Part shown: positions 1 to 12,600 of the stretch, piece by piece
Layout of the letters: each line of letters starts with the position of its first letter
How positions within the stretch are numbered: position 1 is the stretch's first letter
Source of the DNA: Klebsormidium nitens
Taxonomy: Eukaryota; Plantae; Klebsormidiophyceae
Assembly (NCBI GenBank): GCA_000708835.1
Contig: DF237001.1
Location: forward strand, 205,790-269,789
Direction: 5' to 3'
DNA: 64,000 bases
Translations under genes and position numbers: made by a program
The notes under the pieces: generated by a model
The model's database searches: none
The model's input: only the letters and a program-made list of their open reading frames with translations
What the model was told of the DNA's origin: nothing

Positions 1-323
1 GGAACAGACGTCAGTTGAAGGCATCAAACAGTCAGGGTAGCTTTTCACACTCAGTCGGCCAGTGCCTCCAAAAGGACGGAGTAATGGTGACAGAGCAGTC
101 GTTCAAAAGAGACAGTGACTGAGTACCCGAAAGGAAAGAGCAGCAAACGCGAGGACCTGCACAGACTCAACCAGGGACTTTAAGCAGAGTGCCGTACTCT
201 AGAAGGTGCAGCTTGCATGGTCGCATCTCGCTGCCAACTCAGCTTTTCAGCGTCTAATTGAACTTGAATTTGGTAGAATAACAGTCCATTCTGAAGCGCC
301 AATCCCGAGACCGCATCGCTTAC

Positions 324-3300
324 CCTGCGTCCATATCGTATGCTGCACGGCCAGGCGCTTCAGCTCCGTAGTCGTGTACGGGAACAAGAAGCTTCCAACG
401 ATGGTCCCGATCAAGGTCATAACTACCAAGGCCCGCATGACGCGCCACGTGGCGAGCCAACGCCGAAGGACGGGCGCGAGGGGCGCGGCTATGATTGCGG
501 TGAACAGCGAAAAGATGATGGCAATCGCCACGTCACCCACGTACGAGCCTGGAGGGATGGCGAGAGGGGCGTCACTAACAGCCCAGAACTAGCGCAGATG
601 CTTGGAAGTGCGCTAACCTCGATCGGGGGCCGTAATGGGCGGTGAGTGGTGAGATTAAGGGATACTCAGTGTTAGGAAGTACTTAAAGATATGCGGTAAT
701 GCTGTTCAATAATGCAGAGCGCCCCTGTTTCTAAGCAGGACGTGATACAATAGCTCCGAAGCAGGGAACAGAAGGGCCAACTCTGAAAGATGCATGTCGG
801 CAAGCAAAACGGGTCTTCTTATGCCCTGGCAGACAGAAGCAGGGATGAGATGCAGGGATAAATTTATTCTGCTCAAAAGAGAGCCGCGAAGGCGGTTCAG
901 CTCACCGATCGGGTCTGGCCAGTTGCCGCTGGCGCCGATCTTCTGGGCGGTAAAAGTGGCTATGGTAAGCGCGATGTAGAAACACTGCGCCATGGGAATA
1001 GCCGCGATAGTGAGGTAGACTGCGAGCCCAGGGAGGGTTTGGAAGCCGCCCGCCTCGGTCGCGATTTGAAAGCCCGGCAGAAGAACCATTGCCCAGAACA
1101 TGAATATGTAGCTGCCGCCCACGCCCAGGTAGATGAGCACCTGACACGTGGCAACACAAGTAAGATCAACTGACGGGGGTCGCAAGAAATGAGAAGGCTG
1201 CTTTCTTTCTTTGTGCAGGGGAGTAGCGCCCAAAGCTCGTGCTGGAAAGGGAATCGAGAAAGCAAATCTTCGAATGAGAGACCATCGTTTGTTTTTCGAC
1301 ATTGGGCTATCAACCTTGTTTAGAACGCATTGCCTTTGGAGCAGTTTCTATGCTTCATCTGGGCAACTTCAAGTTTTATCTGCAATTCCCAGCTGGATTA
1401 AAAAGCAGCCGTCACCCTCCTTGTCCTTGAAAGTCGATAGACAAAACGAAAGAGCCATGTTGCATGTTCATAGAGAGCACTGCAGTCAACGCAGCAAGCG
1501 ACGCACCGCGCTCAGGAGAGCGTTGAAGCCGACGGCGGAGCCCCAATGACCGGTGAAGTCCAGGGCGCGCTGCTGGCTGGAGGTTTTGGCAGGCGAACAG
1601 GAGCGGAGACTTTGGACCAACAAAATGCCGAGCAGCGCCGGCGGGATGTACATCAGAGCCGCAACCGACGGCTGCGCTAGCCTGCACAGGAGTTAAGGTC
1701 GTTGTAGTCGTAGGCAAAATGTTGTTGACGGCGCGAGACGACGTAACGCCCGTACGTTTCTTTGCAGACGAGCGGCAACTTCGAAGACATTGACGGCAAT
1801 GGACAAGCAACTTTCGGCCCATTGAAACAGAGAGGCCAATGTCATGACAGGTCACAGAATCCGTACAGTCGGGCTTCGACAGCCACCGTTTGTCAGAGCT
1901 CGCCCTATCACAGGCATCTGGTTGCAGACTTTCATAAGTTCCGGCCGCTCCGCTATCCAGTGCGTAGCAGGGTCTCTCATAGGTTCCAAAGGCAGCCTCA
2001 AACCCGAGTTTGAGTCGTCAAATGTAAACAAGCGTCTCACCAAGTGATGGGCTTCCCTGAGACGGCAACTCTAAGAACTGCCACACCGACCGCGAAAATG
2101 ACGGCAAGCACCCAGGCAGCGCCGGTTTGGAGAATCCCTGACACGATTGCGTTGAAGCGCCGGGGCATGCCCCGCAGTCCCGATGCGTGGTCGGAAGTAA
2201 AGAGGGGAACCACGGCCAAAACGGCAAGCGGCGTGAGGTGAAAGATGAGGGCGTTCCAGCGGGGGTAGTACACCTGGACGAGGAATAAGGCATCTTTCAG
2301 AAAGGTTATGCATATGAGTAAAGATGGATTGCAGAAACTACATGGAGCTTTTGGAACACAAAAAGGCGCCAATCTCCTGCGGTTGCTGTTTTGAATGAGG
2401 GGCAATCGAGCGACTCGTAAGAACGAAAGGAGGACGCAGGATACTTAAGCACGCACTGACTAAACGAAAGTAGGGCAACTGCCTCGTGGCAGGTAGACAC
2501 GTCGCAAAATGTAGGCAGCAATTTGACACAGCTCCACCCACACAAAAAGTCCACACACTAGAATGACGGCTGCACTGCCGGTCTGACATTGACCCACTCA
2601 AGTGACGACTGCACTGCCCGCATGGAAACGGCGCACCTGGATATACCCCAGGAAGTCCCAGAAGACGGCCTGCTGTTTGGGCAGGGCTGACAGCGGGTCG
2701 TTCAGCTCAGGCGCCACGCTGAGGCCTTTTGTCAGCGCGTACAGGTTCTCCCCCATTGCTTGGACGGTGCCGCGCCTGCAGCCAAGGCCCGAAAGTGTTT
2801 CGTCAGTTTCAATCAGTGAACGGTAAAGCCAGCGAACGGGAGCTTTTGACTCCAACAAAACCCTATACCAAAGCTTTACGACCCTGCACCCGTCCCCACT
2901 CTAAGCGATACAAAACTCCACCCGTCCTAGTTACTGTTCAACGGGCTTGATGGTTTTCAGAGCATTTGGAGTAGGTGTCTAGACGCTTCGCAAGGAAGTA
3001 CTCCACGGTGTTGATGGATAAGGGCGCTTTCGCAGAGAGTCAACAACTGTAGCGGCAACAAACAAACTGGGAGTTGGATGAGAAAGATCCACAAGAGCGC
3101 GTTGGGACAGACTTTGAACAGAAGGTACTCGAAAGGGACTTCAGTCCAATGCTTAAAGAGTCAACGTTCCTGGTTCCTCATCGCGCGAGATCAATAGTGA
3201 GCCGTCCACTATTGCGAACTTTGACTCCCACTTTTAGATTCACGAGTGACGTTGAAACGTGCAGAGGAGGAACGAAACCGATCGATATCAGCGTCTTTGA

Positions 3301-5980
3301 GGTGTCACTCTTCGCACTCACAGACGAACAAGCTGAGGGACTCTGCATGGGGGTCGAATGTACGAGCGATCGCACAGAACAAATGGTGGGCCAGAATTGA
3401 AAAGCTTCTTAGAATGAATCTTAATACCTGATGCGGTCGGGCGTATCCAGAGTGGTGTGATACGCATACGAGTCCAGCAAGGACAGCACATCGACGCCGG
3501 GAATATTCCCAAAGTCCTGGGCAAACACGCGAAAGTCGGTGTCCCCTGGGAGGACATGCATGTCAAACGTGTCCTGCAAAACGAGAGAAATGGATTAAGG
3601 AGAGGACTCCGCACAAGGTGAGTCGAGCGTTTGAGGGCACCGTTGGCATCCGTCGCTCTTTTGAAAATTGGCTGAAATTCAAAGAACGTCTTGAAGAGCG
3701 TTCCGTTTCACAAGGGCGTCCAAAACCCAACTGTGATAGGCGAATTTTACACTGGTTCATTGGAAATGCATGCGAATCTAAAGAAAACTTAAGATCGCCC
3801 ACACGACTGTTCAGGAGCCTCCTCTGCAAGATGATAAACTCATCAGCCAACACCTTCTACGCTTAAGAACACAACCATGATCATGCATATTCTCGTGCGC
3901 CTCAACTCGTCATGTCACACATCATTGGGATCCTCAGCCGTATAGAGGTAAGGAGGCTGTCGAAGAAGTCGGGGCAGAAAGCATGATCTGCAAACACAGT
4001 GCCAGAAGTGACCACCAGAGTCTTGTAGTAAAACTTTGTTTCACCTGCGCGATCACGCTTGCCCTAGGGTACGGCACCACCTCCGAGTACACCCGCACTG
4101 GCCACAGCTCCTTTCCCGCTGCTTGGAACAACAAGTCGGGACCGCCCGGCCCGGTCGACTCGATGTTTATCACCGCCCCGATCGAGTCGCTCCACTTGTG
4201 ACCGGAGAGGAAACCGTGTGCGCCCATGCTGAAGGTCTCCTCCGCACCATTGAACAGGAAGATGAGCGGGGCAGGGGGGGCCTCGGGGGAGGCGGCGAAC
4301 AAGCGAGCGATCTCGAGGCCGACGGCTGCGGGAAAAGTCTGACATTGGGTTAGTGGCAAAGTCGAGTCATTTAAGATAAGGAGAAACGAAACGGACGGCT
4401 GCCGCTTTTCAAGAACAAGGGAGGTTTTGGTGGCAAAGTGTGGTCATTGAGGGAAAGGGAGAACAGAATGACGATTGCCGCTTTTCGACCGAAGAAAGGC
4501 TTGTACATCAATCTTGTGTCAACATTAGCGGACTGAGGACATCTCTCTCGGACAACACAGAATGAACATGCAATTTTGGACGGACAAGACCTTGTCCAAG
4601 ATCGACCGACTCACCAACGCACTGCGCGCAATCTGAGGCGCCTGGCGACCCCACGGCAGAGTCAAAGTGAGCGTTCATAAGAACGGCCTTGCTTTCCAGG
4701 TTGCTGTTCGCCCCCGAGATCCTGCACAGTGCCCCATCGTCACAGTTTTCACCAGCAGTTACTTGTAACCAGGGGGGGAGCTAGGGATCACACATGGGCT
4801 GCCGATGCAAGTTGCAATAGCCTTGACGCCACTTTGGTTGCTCATTAGAGAGTATCCATGGGCTGGTCCCTTGCAGACTTGACCTCCTTTCTCTCAATCT
4901 GGCAGATTAATTGCACTGCTTGTGTGGGCTTACCTCAGCACGATATTGGTGACGTTTTCGTACTCCATTGCCTGCAAGTGACCCACTTTGGCAAGTCACA
5001 CAATAGAAGTTTGCCAGTAATGATGGTCTATGACCCAGTCCGCTAGGTCAAAACAGGGGCAAGAAACGGGGGCAAGAAACGCTTGGTCAGACTTGGCAGA
5101 AAAAAATGCCTTTAAAAGGTCAGTTCAAAGCGCAACACAGGTTGTGTGGTTGTTGTGGGGCACATACCATGTTGTGCGTCAGGATGTTCATCCAGAATGT
5201 CCCACTTATATGCTGCTCATCAATCTCAACGCGCAAGTGATCTCCCGCTATGCTTGCAATTTTGTCCAACTCTTCCAGAATATACGCTGCCGCTCGCATG
5301 TGATTGTCCGATCCCACCTGTATGGAGTAACAAAGTTGGTAAGATACAAATATTTTACTTATAGCATTTTACTGTAGAATTCCCACGTTGGTTCGATTGG
5401 CATGTCAATTGAGGTTCATTGACTATCCAAGTTGGCTTGAGCAAACACATCGATGTGAAACACAGGGAACAAAAAGGAAAGCGGGTTGAACAATCCACGG
5501 CTCCTTGCCTAAGGGAAGGCAGTGGTGGTGCTCAATTTGGCAGGGCAAGTTGGACCCCCGATAATTTCCCCCTTCTTTATTCATTTGTAACAGCATTACA
5601 ATTTGATCTAGAATGGCGAGATCATCTTCAAGATTCCAGCCTCCAATCACCACGCACGTCCACCACTGCAGTTGTCTCACCAGTCGAATGCCGATATCCC
5701 CTGCCAGTGCCTCCACATGTTGCAGCGCGCGTCCCTCAGAAAACATATGAGCTGGCGCCCTTTCCGACATCGGCTTTGGAACTCTGTACACCGCATGATG
5801 CACCACCCCCACAATCGCTGATGTGAACATCAGGAGAAGCAGCACGGCGGATAGCTGTGACGCAGCCTCCGGTGCATCTTTGTTGCGGACCCGTGCCTGC
5901 TTCAAAACATCTGAGGGGGCCTCGCTTTTCTCCTGTTCCTGAGGCTCCTTGGTGCCAGTCGGGCGCTGCCTGAGCGCCAT
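324..5980 (-). CDS. M28 family ER metallopeptidase (ERMP1/FXNA-like), multi-exon; 3' end continues past the left window edge
   Basis: ATG at 5980 (MALRQRPTG..FSEGRALQHVEALAGDIGIR). Spliced exons carry the M28 zinc-ligand motifs in order: MNAHFDS..GASDC (~4760-4615), LFNGAEE..INIESTG (~4340-4050), DTDFRVF..YHTTLD (~3560-3430). These are followed by transmembrane exons (~2790-2635, ~2270-2050, ~1130-920) and FPYTTTELKRLAVQHT (540-324, donor G|GTAAGC). Internal exon boundaries are approximate. Confidence 0.92.
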
Positions 5981-6610
5981 TGCTGCCCCTGTTTACATCC
6001 GATATCACAGCAGGGAAGTGCATGCCGGCTGCAGCCATGCTCCAAGCTACTTGTTTGGGCCTAGGGTTGGAAAACCCTAATAGTAAGAGGGGCAAGTCAG
6101 CATCAACCATTCAGGTGTAAAACTGACCCGTTCTCCGGTCGGTCATGACTCTAAAAGACCGGGTGAACTGAACCGGCTTTCTTTTGGCTGCGCAAGTCCT
6201 GTGGGGTTAGCCTACAGAGTATTGTACGACGTAGATCTGAACCTCGGTTGGACCGCAGAGTGACCGGTACGCAGCTGGCCTTCTCCCGGCTGGCAATTAC
6301 CACCATATTTTTATGGAACAAGCTTTGGCTCTGCAAAATCACAGCTCTGAGTCGTGACTCTGACTCTGAGTCTGACAGGTCTGCATTCGAAGCGGGCCCT
6401 GGCATGAACAGGACGAATGCACTCAGTGCAAGCAAAGAAACCCTTCTGAGCTGGTTGGGAAGCTTGCACGATGCGCCCGATGGACGTGATGGCGTCTGAT
6501 TGACTGCAGATTGAGCAGATTAGAGAATTAGGGTTGAAGGAGTGTCATGCTGCTTTTGCATACTCGCTATTTTCCCTCCAGTTTTTGTCCAAATAAGCAG
6601 CAGACGAATC
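5981..6610. promoter_or_regulatory. Probable bidirectional promoter/5'UTR interval between the peptidase and the SET gene, with telo-box motifs
   Basis: 630 bp between divergent ATGs (5980 and 6611). AAACCCTAA at 6072-6080, CTAGGGTT at 6061-6068 and TTAGGGTT near 6528. Confidence 0.6.
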
Positions 6611-9600
6611 ATGGAACAGCAGCAGCCCAGAGGAGCTGCATTTCCGTTCACAGTGATTGATGCAGACAGTGGGGCAAGCACAGGAGCTGAAGCAGCTCCC
6701 AGATTTGATGAGAGGCAAGCAGCTATGGCAAGTCTGCAAAGTGGGATTCCGGAGGTGGTGGTTGCAGCAGCAAGTGATCTTCAATCTAGAACTGAGAGCG
6801 AAGGCAGTGTCGTTCACCTGTCTGGAACTGGGACGGGTGGAGCTGCCAACGTGGTCGCAGCCAAGGATAGGGCGGCCGCGCTGAAGGAGAAGGCAGAGGT
6901 GCTGAAAGCAAAGGCGCGCAAGCTGAAGGAAGACGCAGAGGAGAAGCAGAGAGCAGCTGAAAGAGCGCGGCTTGCGATTCTGAGAAAGGCGCGGGAGAAG
7001 GAAGAAAAGGAGGAGAGGGAAAGAGAGCGAGCGAGGGAGCGGGAAAGGGAATTGGACCAGGAGAGAGAACAGGAGATGGAGAGGGAGAAAGAGATGCAGA
7101 AAGAGAGGGAGAGGGAGAGGGAACTTGAAAGCGCAAGAGAGAAAGAGCAGGAGGCAGAGGAGGAAAAAGAACGGGAAAGAGAACGGGAAAGGGAGCAGGA
7201 AAGAGAGGTGGATAGAGAGTGGGAGAGAGGAGCTGAGAACGGGGTGGACACTGTAATGCAGGATGCCAAAGCAGAGCAATCAGGCTCCTTGGTGGATCAC
7301 GAGCACGGCAGCTCAGCAGACGCAGCTCCCTTGGATGGCGCAGTGGAGGCGCTGGTGGTTGCCAGCATGTCTCTTGGCACGCCGCGCATTCCGCTGCTGC
7401 GGAGGGGCAGCCTTGGGAGCGGGGAGTTCAGCAGGTTCAGGAAATCAGAATCCTTTCCAGAGATTGCGAATGGGGATCACGAGATGATGGATGCTGCGGT
7501 CAGCTTGTCTCCACTGGGGCGGATGGGGAGGCTCAAGGTGCAGATTCCTGACCGGCTTCTAGAGCTGCAGATGGAAGACCTTCCGGAATTCCCAGGTGGA
7601 TTTGGCGAGAAAGCATCCCCTGCAGAGGACGCGGCAGCTGCGGCCATGCTTGAGATCAGCATGACACCAACCTCGGAGCTGCACGCAGGATTCAGAGACA
7701 CTCCAGCTCAAGGTGTCAACGTGGGGAGCGGTGGGGCTTCAACAGCAGAGGTAACAGAAGGCCGGACGAAGAGGAAGCGGAAGCGCAACCGCATGTACTT
7801 TGATGACGACGTGGCGGTGGGTTGGCATGATTTGGACACGCCAAGGGTGGCGTCGGAGGGCGAGAAGAAGAGCGACAGCCTCCCAAAGCCGAAGAAGAAG
7901 CTCAAGATCACGTTCAAGGGTCCGGCAGCTCTAGCTCAGAAGGACCCGCACTCAGGCAAGAACATTAGAAAGCTGAAGAGCCTCAAGCTGATCAAAGCGA
8001 AGGCAAGCAAAGCGGCCGCCGCGCCCCCGAAAGTCAAGACACCGGTTGCGAGAACGCCGCTTCCGAAATCTCCCCTGGAGCTCAAGTCGCCAGAGAGCCC
8101 GGAGGACGCGCAGTGCCCCGTATGCCAGGCGCTCCGCCGGTTCGACTGCGGCGCTGAGTCAGCACACCCGCGCTGCATCAAGGCAGCCGGCGCAGACAAC
8201 GCCGCCGTTCAGGGGGGGCCCAACGCCAAGGCTGCGGCAGTTGTCCTCATGGCCGCTTTGAATTCGAGGAAAGACGCCTCCTTTGAGCCCTGGGCCGGAA
8301 CTGGGGAGGAGCAACTAGAACGGGTGCCGGTTTGGGAGCCGGTCACTGGAAAACGGTTGGTCGGTGAGGACGGCCCCCGCTTGCGGAACCTGGCAAGCTG
8401 GCTGCTCCTCAATCCTGGCTGGGAGGTCCTTCCCCGGGGAGAGTTGGAGAAACCACCACCCCCGGCAGAACCAGAGCCCATCCCGACCCCTGCCCCCCCT
8501 GCTGAGATAGCAGTGGTTCCTACCCCCCTGGAGGAGTTGAAACAGTGGCGGGGGGTTCAGGCAGAGCTCGCGTTGCTCCTCCAAGCATGGTCGTCGTTGC
8601 GGGGACGGGCAGACGCGGGCTGCTTCGGGAGTTCGCAGGAGGCAGTGGCGGCATGCCGATTCCTGGACCCTGTGAGTCTTGCGCCTGTTCAGTCTTCTGC
8701 CTTTGACAGGTCGTTGGATCGGTCAAAATGGCAGAACACTGCCTGCTTTTGCAGCGGTTAAACAGATGATGCTTCTGTGCAATTTATGAAGGACTTGTCG
8801 TCTTTCACGGATGCCTTCTGCTTCAGCTTATTCAGCGGTGTTACTCGAAATTCGTTAAGCAGGTTAGAACAGATGCAGACTCACACTCTTCGCCCTTCCG
8901 CTGTGATTCGCAATACTGAGGCTACAGGACTAGATCGGCGTGGAGGACGGAGCCCACAAACCCCGCTGAGCTTCGCATCTTGATCTCGGGTTAAGATTCA
9001 CACAGACTGATTGATTGTCCACTCGGTTGTAGGACTTTGGCCCGCTCTGCGACCTCTTAGGCGAGGAGCGGTACGCCGACTTGGAGACCCTCCTGGCGGA
9101 CTTCTCCCGAGCTTGCAACGCAGCAGCCGTGGTCCGCATCAACGACCTGAAAAAGTGAGCCCGCACAGTGCGACTGTCCCTGCGCGTTCTTGGTTCCTGG
9201 CGCACTTATGGCAGATTCACCTCTAAAATGTTCGAGCTGGAAACAGCTACAAACACGTTCTTGACAGAAGAAAGGTTCCCAGGGCTTTTCTCTCGCATTC
9301 CCACAATCGACGCTCATAGAAGCCGTCGGCTTTAGTAGCTGCCTGCTATCGACGTTAGCAGCCCGTCTCCAGCTCGAAATGTGACGGGGGCCGCCGCCCC
9401 TGTTAGCCCCTCTGTGCTGAGTAAGGCTTTGCTGTGCTTTCATTATCAGCACGGTGCACCAGCGGCCTTTCCTAATGGCGCTCTGCTTCGTCCTCTCCTC
9501 CATTCTCGCTTTTCAGATCACACTTTCCTCCTCTCCGCCAAGGGCGTTTAGTCGAGGGCTGGAACGTCTAAGCTGCTCTCTTGTGTTTTGCAGGGGCTGC

Positions 9601-12600
9601 TATGCGCCGTCCAGCCTGCACACCAGCCCGGCGCGTTTTGTGGGCGCCGCCGAGATCCTGATTCGGCACGGCTCTGCGGACCTTCGAAGTATAGCGGACG
9701 GGGTGAACAGCGGCCGGGTGCTCAGAGACGGGGCAATGGTGATGCGCAGTGCATACACAAACAAAGAGCCGATGACAGCTGGCCCCTGGCGGCGAGAACC
9801 GTGGCCCCGCAGGTGAGAGAAACAAACACTTCCTGCGTTACTCTGTGGCGGACTTCATTCCAGAACGATACTACGAGTTACACCCGAAACTTCAAAGTGG
9901 CGAGCGCGTGTCGTTGTTATCTCTGGTTCAGGAGCATGCACGATGTTGAATCGCAAGCTGGACACTGAGGCTTGTCAAGCTCATTCTGGAACTCCTATCA
10001 GACGCTTTCGACACTGGGATGTTTGAAACAAATTTGCAGCGTTTTGCTAAGTAGGGCCAACTTTGCCTCCTTCGTCACTTGCTGACGCCGTGCGTCTTTC
10101 TTTAACTCGTGCAGCACAATTCCGGCTCTGATCGACACGAGAACGGATCAGCCGAGCGGAGGGGCGGAAGCAGGCGGGCTCGGGCCATCTTTGGCAAGTA
10201 CCTTATCCCTCACCCGTGCCTTATTATTCAGATATTGTCCGTGCATCATCATCAAGTTAATGGGATGCGGTTTTCTGTCCTCTTTTGTCCAGGTTATGCA
10301 TCGCAATCGAAGTCCTTCTAGGATTGCGTGTCTTGATGGCTTCTCTCTAACACGAAAGAAGAGGAGAGATTGAGGATTTCAAGATGGAAAAGTCAAGGAT
10401 TATTCTTCCCTTTTTCCCTGTAGAGTCGAAAATAGCCTGCTTTGACCTTGCTGATGTGCCCTTCGGTGCCAGATCCGAAACCAACTTGCCATTCCATACG
10501 AGCATCATTTCGCTCGTATGTTTCAAGAAGCAGTTGGTGTACTTATCAGGTGTAGAAGGAAAGCCCTGCCCTATAGATTCAAAACCCTTTACGTTCTTTT
10601 AGTCAAGTCTTGCAAGGGAGAATGGGCGGAATCCGGTAAAATCTGCTTCGGAAAATGGTTTGACTAATGCCATCAAGGCGACTCTAGATACGACTTTGGC
10701 CGCAAAAACAAGTAGTTGATGCTTGGGTCTTGTATACAACTCTTGGAAGTCTTTCCCTGGTTGAAACGTCAAGGGATGCAATCCTTCTTGATGTGGTCAG
10801 CGGAGTCATCGAACCTCTTCTCCCTGCGCCCTGTGCAGGCCTTCGACGTCGACGTGGGTGCGGTCGACGGGTGGGGCGTAGACCCGTTCACCCGGCGCGG
10901 CATCTTAGACGCTCTGCCCAAGGACGCCGCGCGCGAGGGAGGGGGCGTCAAGAGCCGGGCCAAGACCGTCGGGGACTTCGTCACCCAAAAGCTGCTCCCG
11001 GCGCTCAACGACCGGGTGAGGTGTTACTAGAAAATCTTCAATGTTCTGCTGATCGACTTCCCTTTAACAGCAGAGCCAGCAATGCGAGGCCTTCCTTATG
11101 CTGGATCTTATCACGGTTCGAGCGAAGCGATATGTCTGGAGGGGTCCACGAGATGGCGTTCCGCTTTTTGTCGGTCGATCAGAGGACGTGGAGAAGAAGC
11201 GGCACATCGTAGCTTGACGATGATGATACGTCCTTGGGCCTGCTCAACGAGCGACGGGCGCATCTGAAGTGACATGTTCTCGTCGCTTGTCCGTAGCTCA
11301 CCTCGAGTCCGTTCTCTACTTTCTGCCAAACACCCTATGGTCTGGTCAGAGCTAGCTGTTATGCTGCCGCTCCAACGCGCACCAGAAATTGCTAGGTTTT
11401 ACATCAATACTTCAATCACCCGCCTTAAAGCGTACGCGGTTCTGCGTTCCTGGATGAGTTCGAGTAGTGGCGACCTTGCCTTCTGACTCCACTCTCACCT
11501 CATAGCAGCCCCATCCTGACGCACACTGCCCTGTTTCGGCAGGGTCCCCAAGGGTGGGACATTTTCGAGTCGCTCAAGGCGCTGGGCCTTGCGGCGGGGC
11601 GCAGCCGGGACGCTTCCCTGGTGGAGGCAGTCACGGAGCTCGCGCACAAGATGATGGAAACGGGGCCGCTGTGGTTTAGAGTGCACCCCAAGGTGAGCCG
11701 ACGTGCGCGGGTGCGGGAATGAGGTTTGGGAGCGCTCCTCTAAGGTTAAGGCGTCGTTGTCAATGTATGGGTGCGGGCGTTGGGAGCGGCATCGAGCTGG
11801 AGAAATGTGTTTGACAGCGAGCGAGGGTACTGCTTATAGCCATAACTATGGTGAAAGCAGCTCGATACATGCAGCGATATAACTTTATCTAAAAATGTTG
11901 GTGCCCAAATTAGCCGCCAGGGTTGCCCATCCCCTTGTCGTCCAGCCGTGATCTGAGGAACGGAAAGGTCGCGGGACACATGCGACTTGAGACTTTCCCG
12001 TTCCTCTACACCAGATGCATTTCACTCCTTTCAGAACCTCAAAAGCAAAAGTTGCAAAGCAATGACTTTCATTGAATCTAGCTTCATTTTCGCCTCACTC
12101 ATGCCAAAAGCATTCTTCCTTTTAAGTCTGAACCGCATACGCTTTGGCTCCGTCAGGTCTTGCTAAACAGTGTATAAGCTCGCTCGTATCGCTCGTATCC
12201 GATTTTTGTATCGCGTGTTCCGCAGGGCACGTCCCTCGTTTGCCAGCGGGCAGGGGGACTCGATGCCGGCACTTGCGTGGCCTCGTATCCCCCAAGCACA
12301 ATTCTAAGACCATATCAATGGTAAGTGGTGACGAGTTTCTTCAGATTCGTGACGATGATTGAACTCAAGTGAGTGTCACGTGCGATTGCAGAAGGATTTG
12401 AGTGATTTGAACAGATCTTGACAGAGACACAGCTGGACAGGAGCGTCAGCCTGCTGTGCTCCCACAAGCACGATCAGCACGTGTATTGCAGACTCCTGGA
12501 AGAATACATGGGTAACTAAATAGAAGGAGGCCTACACAGTAGTCATACCGTCCTCAAGAGGCCTGAAAAAAGCAGAGGTCCGCAGTTGCTCGTGGAATTT

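Noticed and set aside
2430-2450. GTATCCTG on the minus strand as a U12 donor
   Set aside because: Lies inside a conventional GT-AG intron whose flanking exons already splice in frame.
2566-2618. Short direct repeat TGACG(G/A)CTGCACTGCC x2
   Set aside because: Only about 16 bp, intronic, no further structure.
6545-7279. Long antisense ORFs (244 aa, 151 aa) rich in Leu/Ser/Phe
   Set aside because: Shadows of the purine-rich charged-helix exon on the opposite strand.
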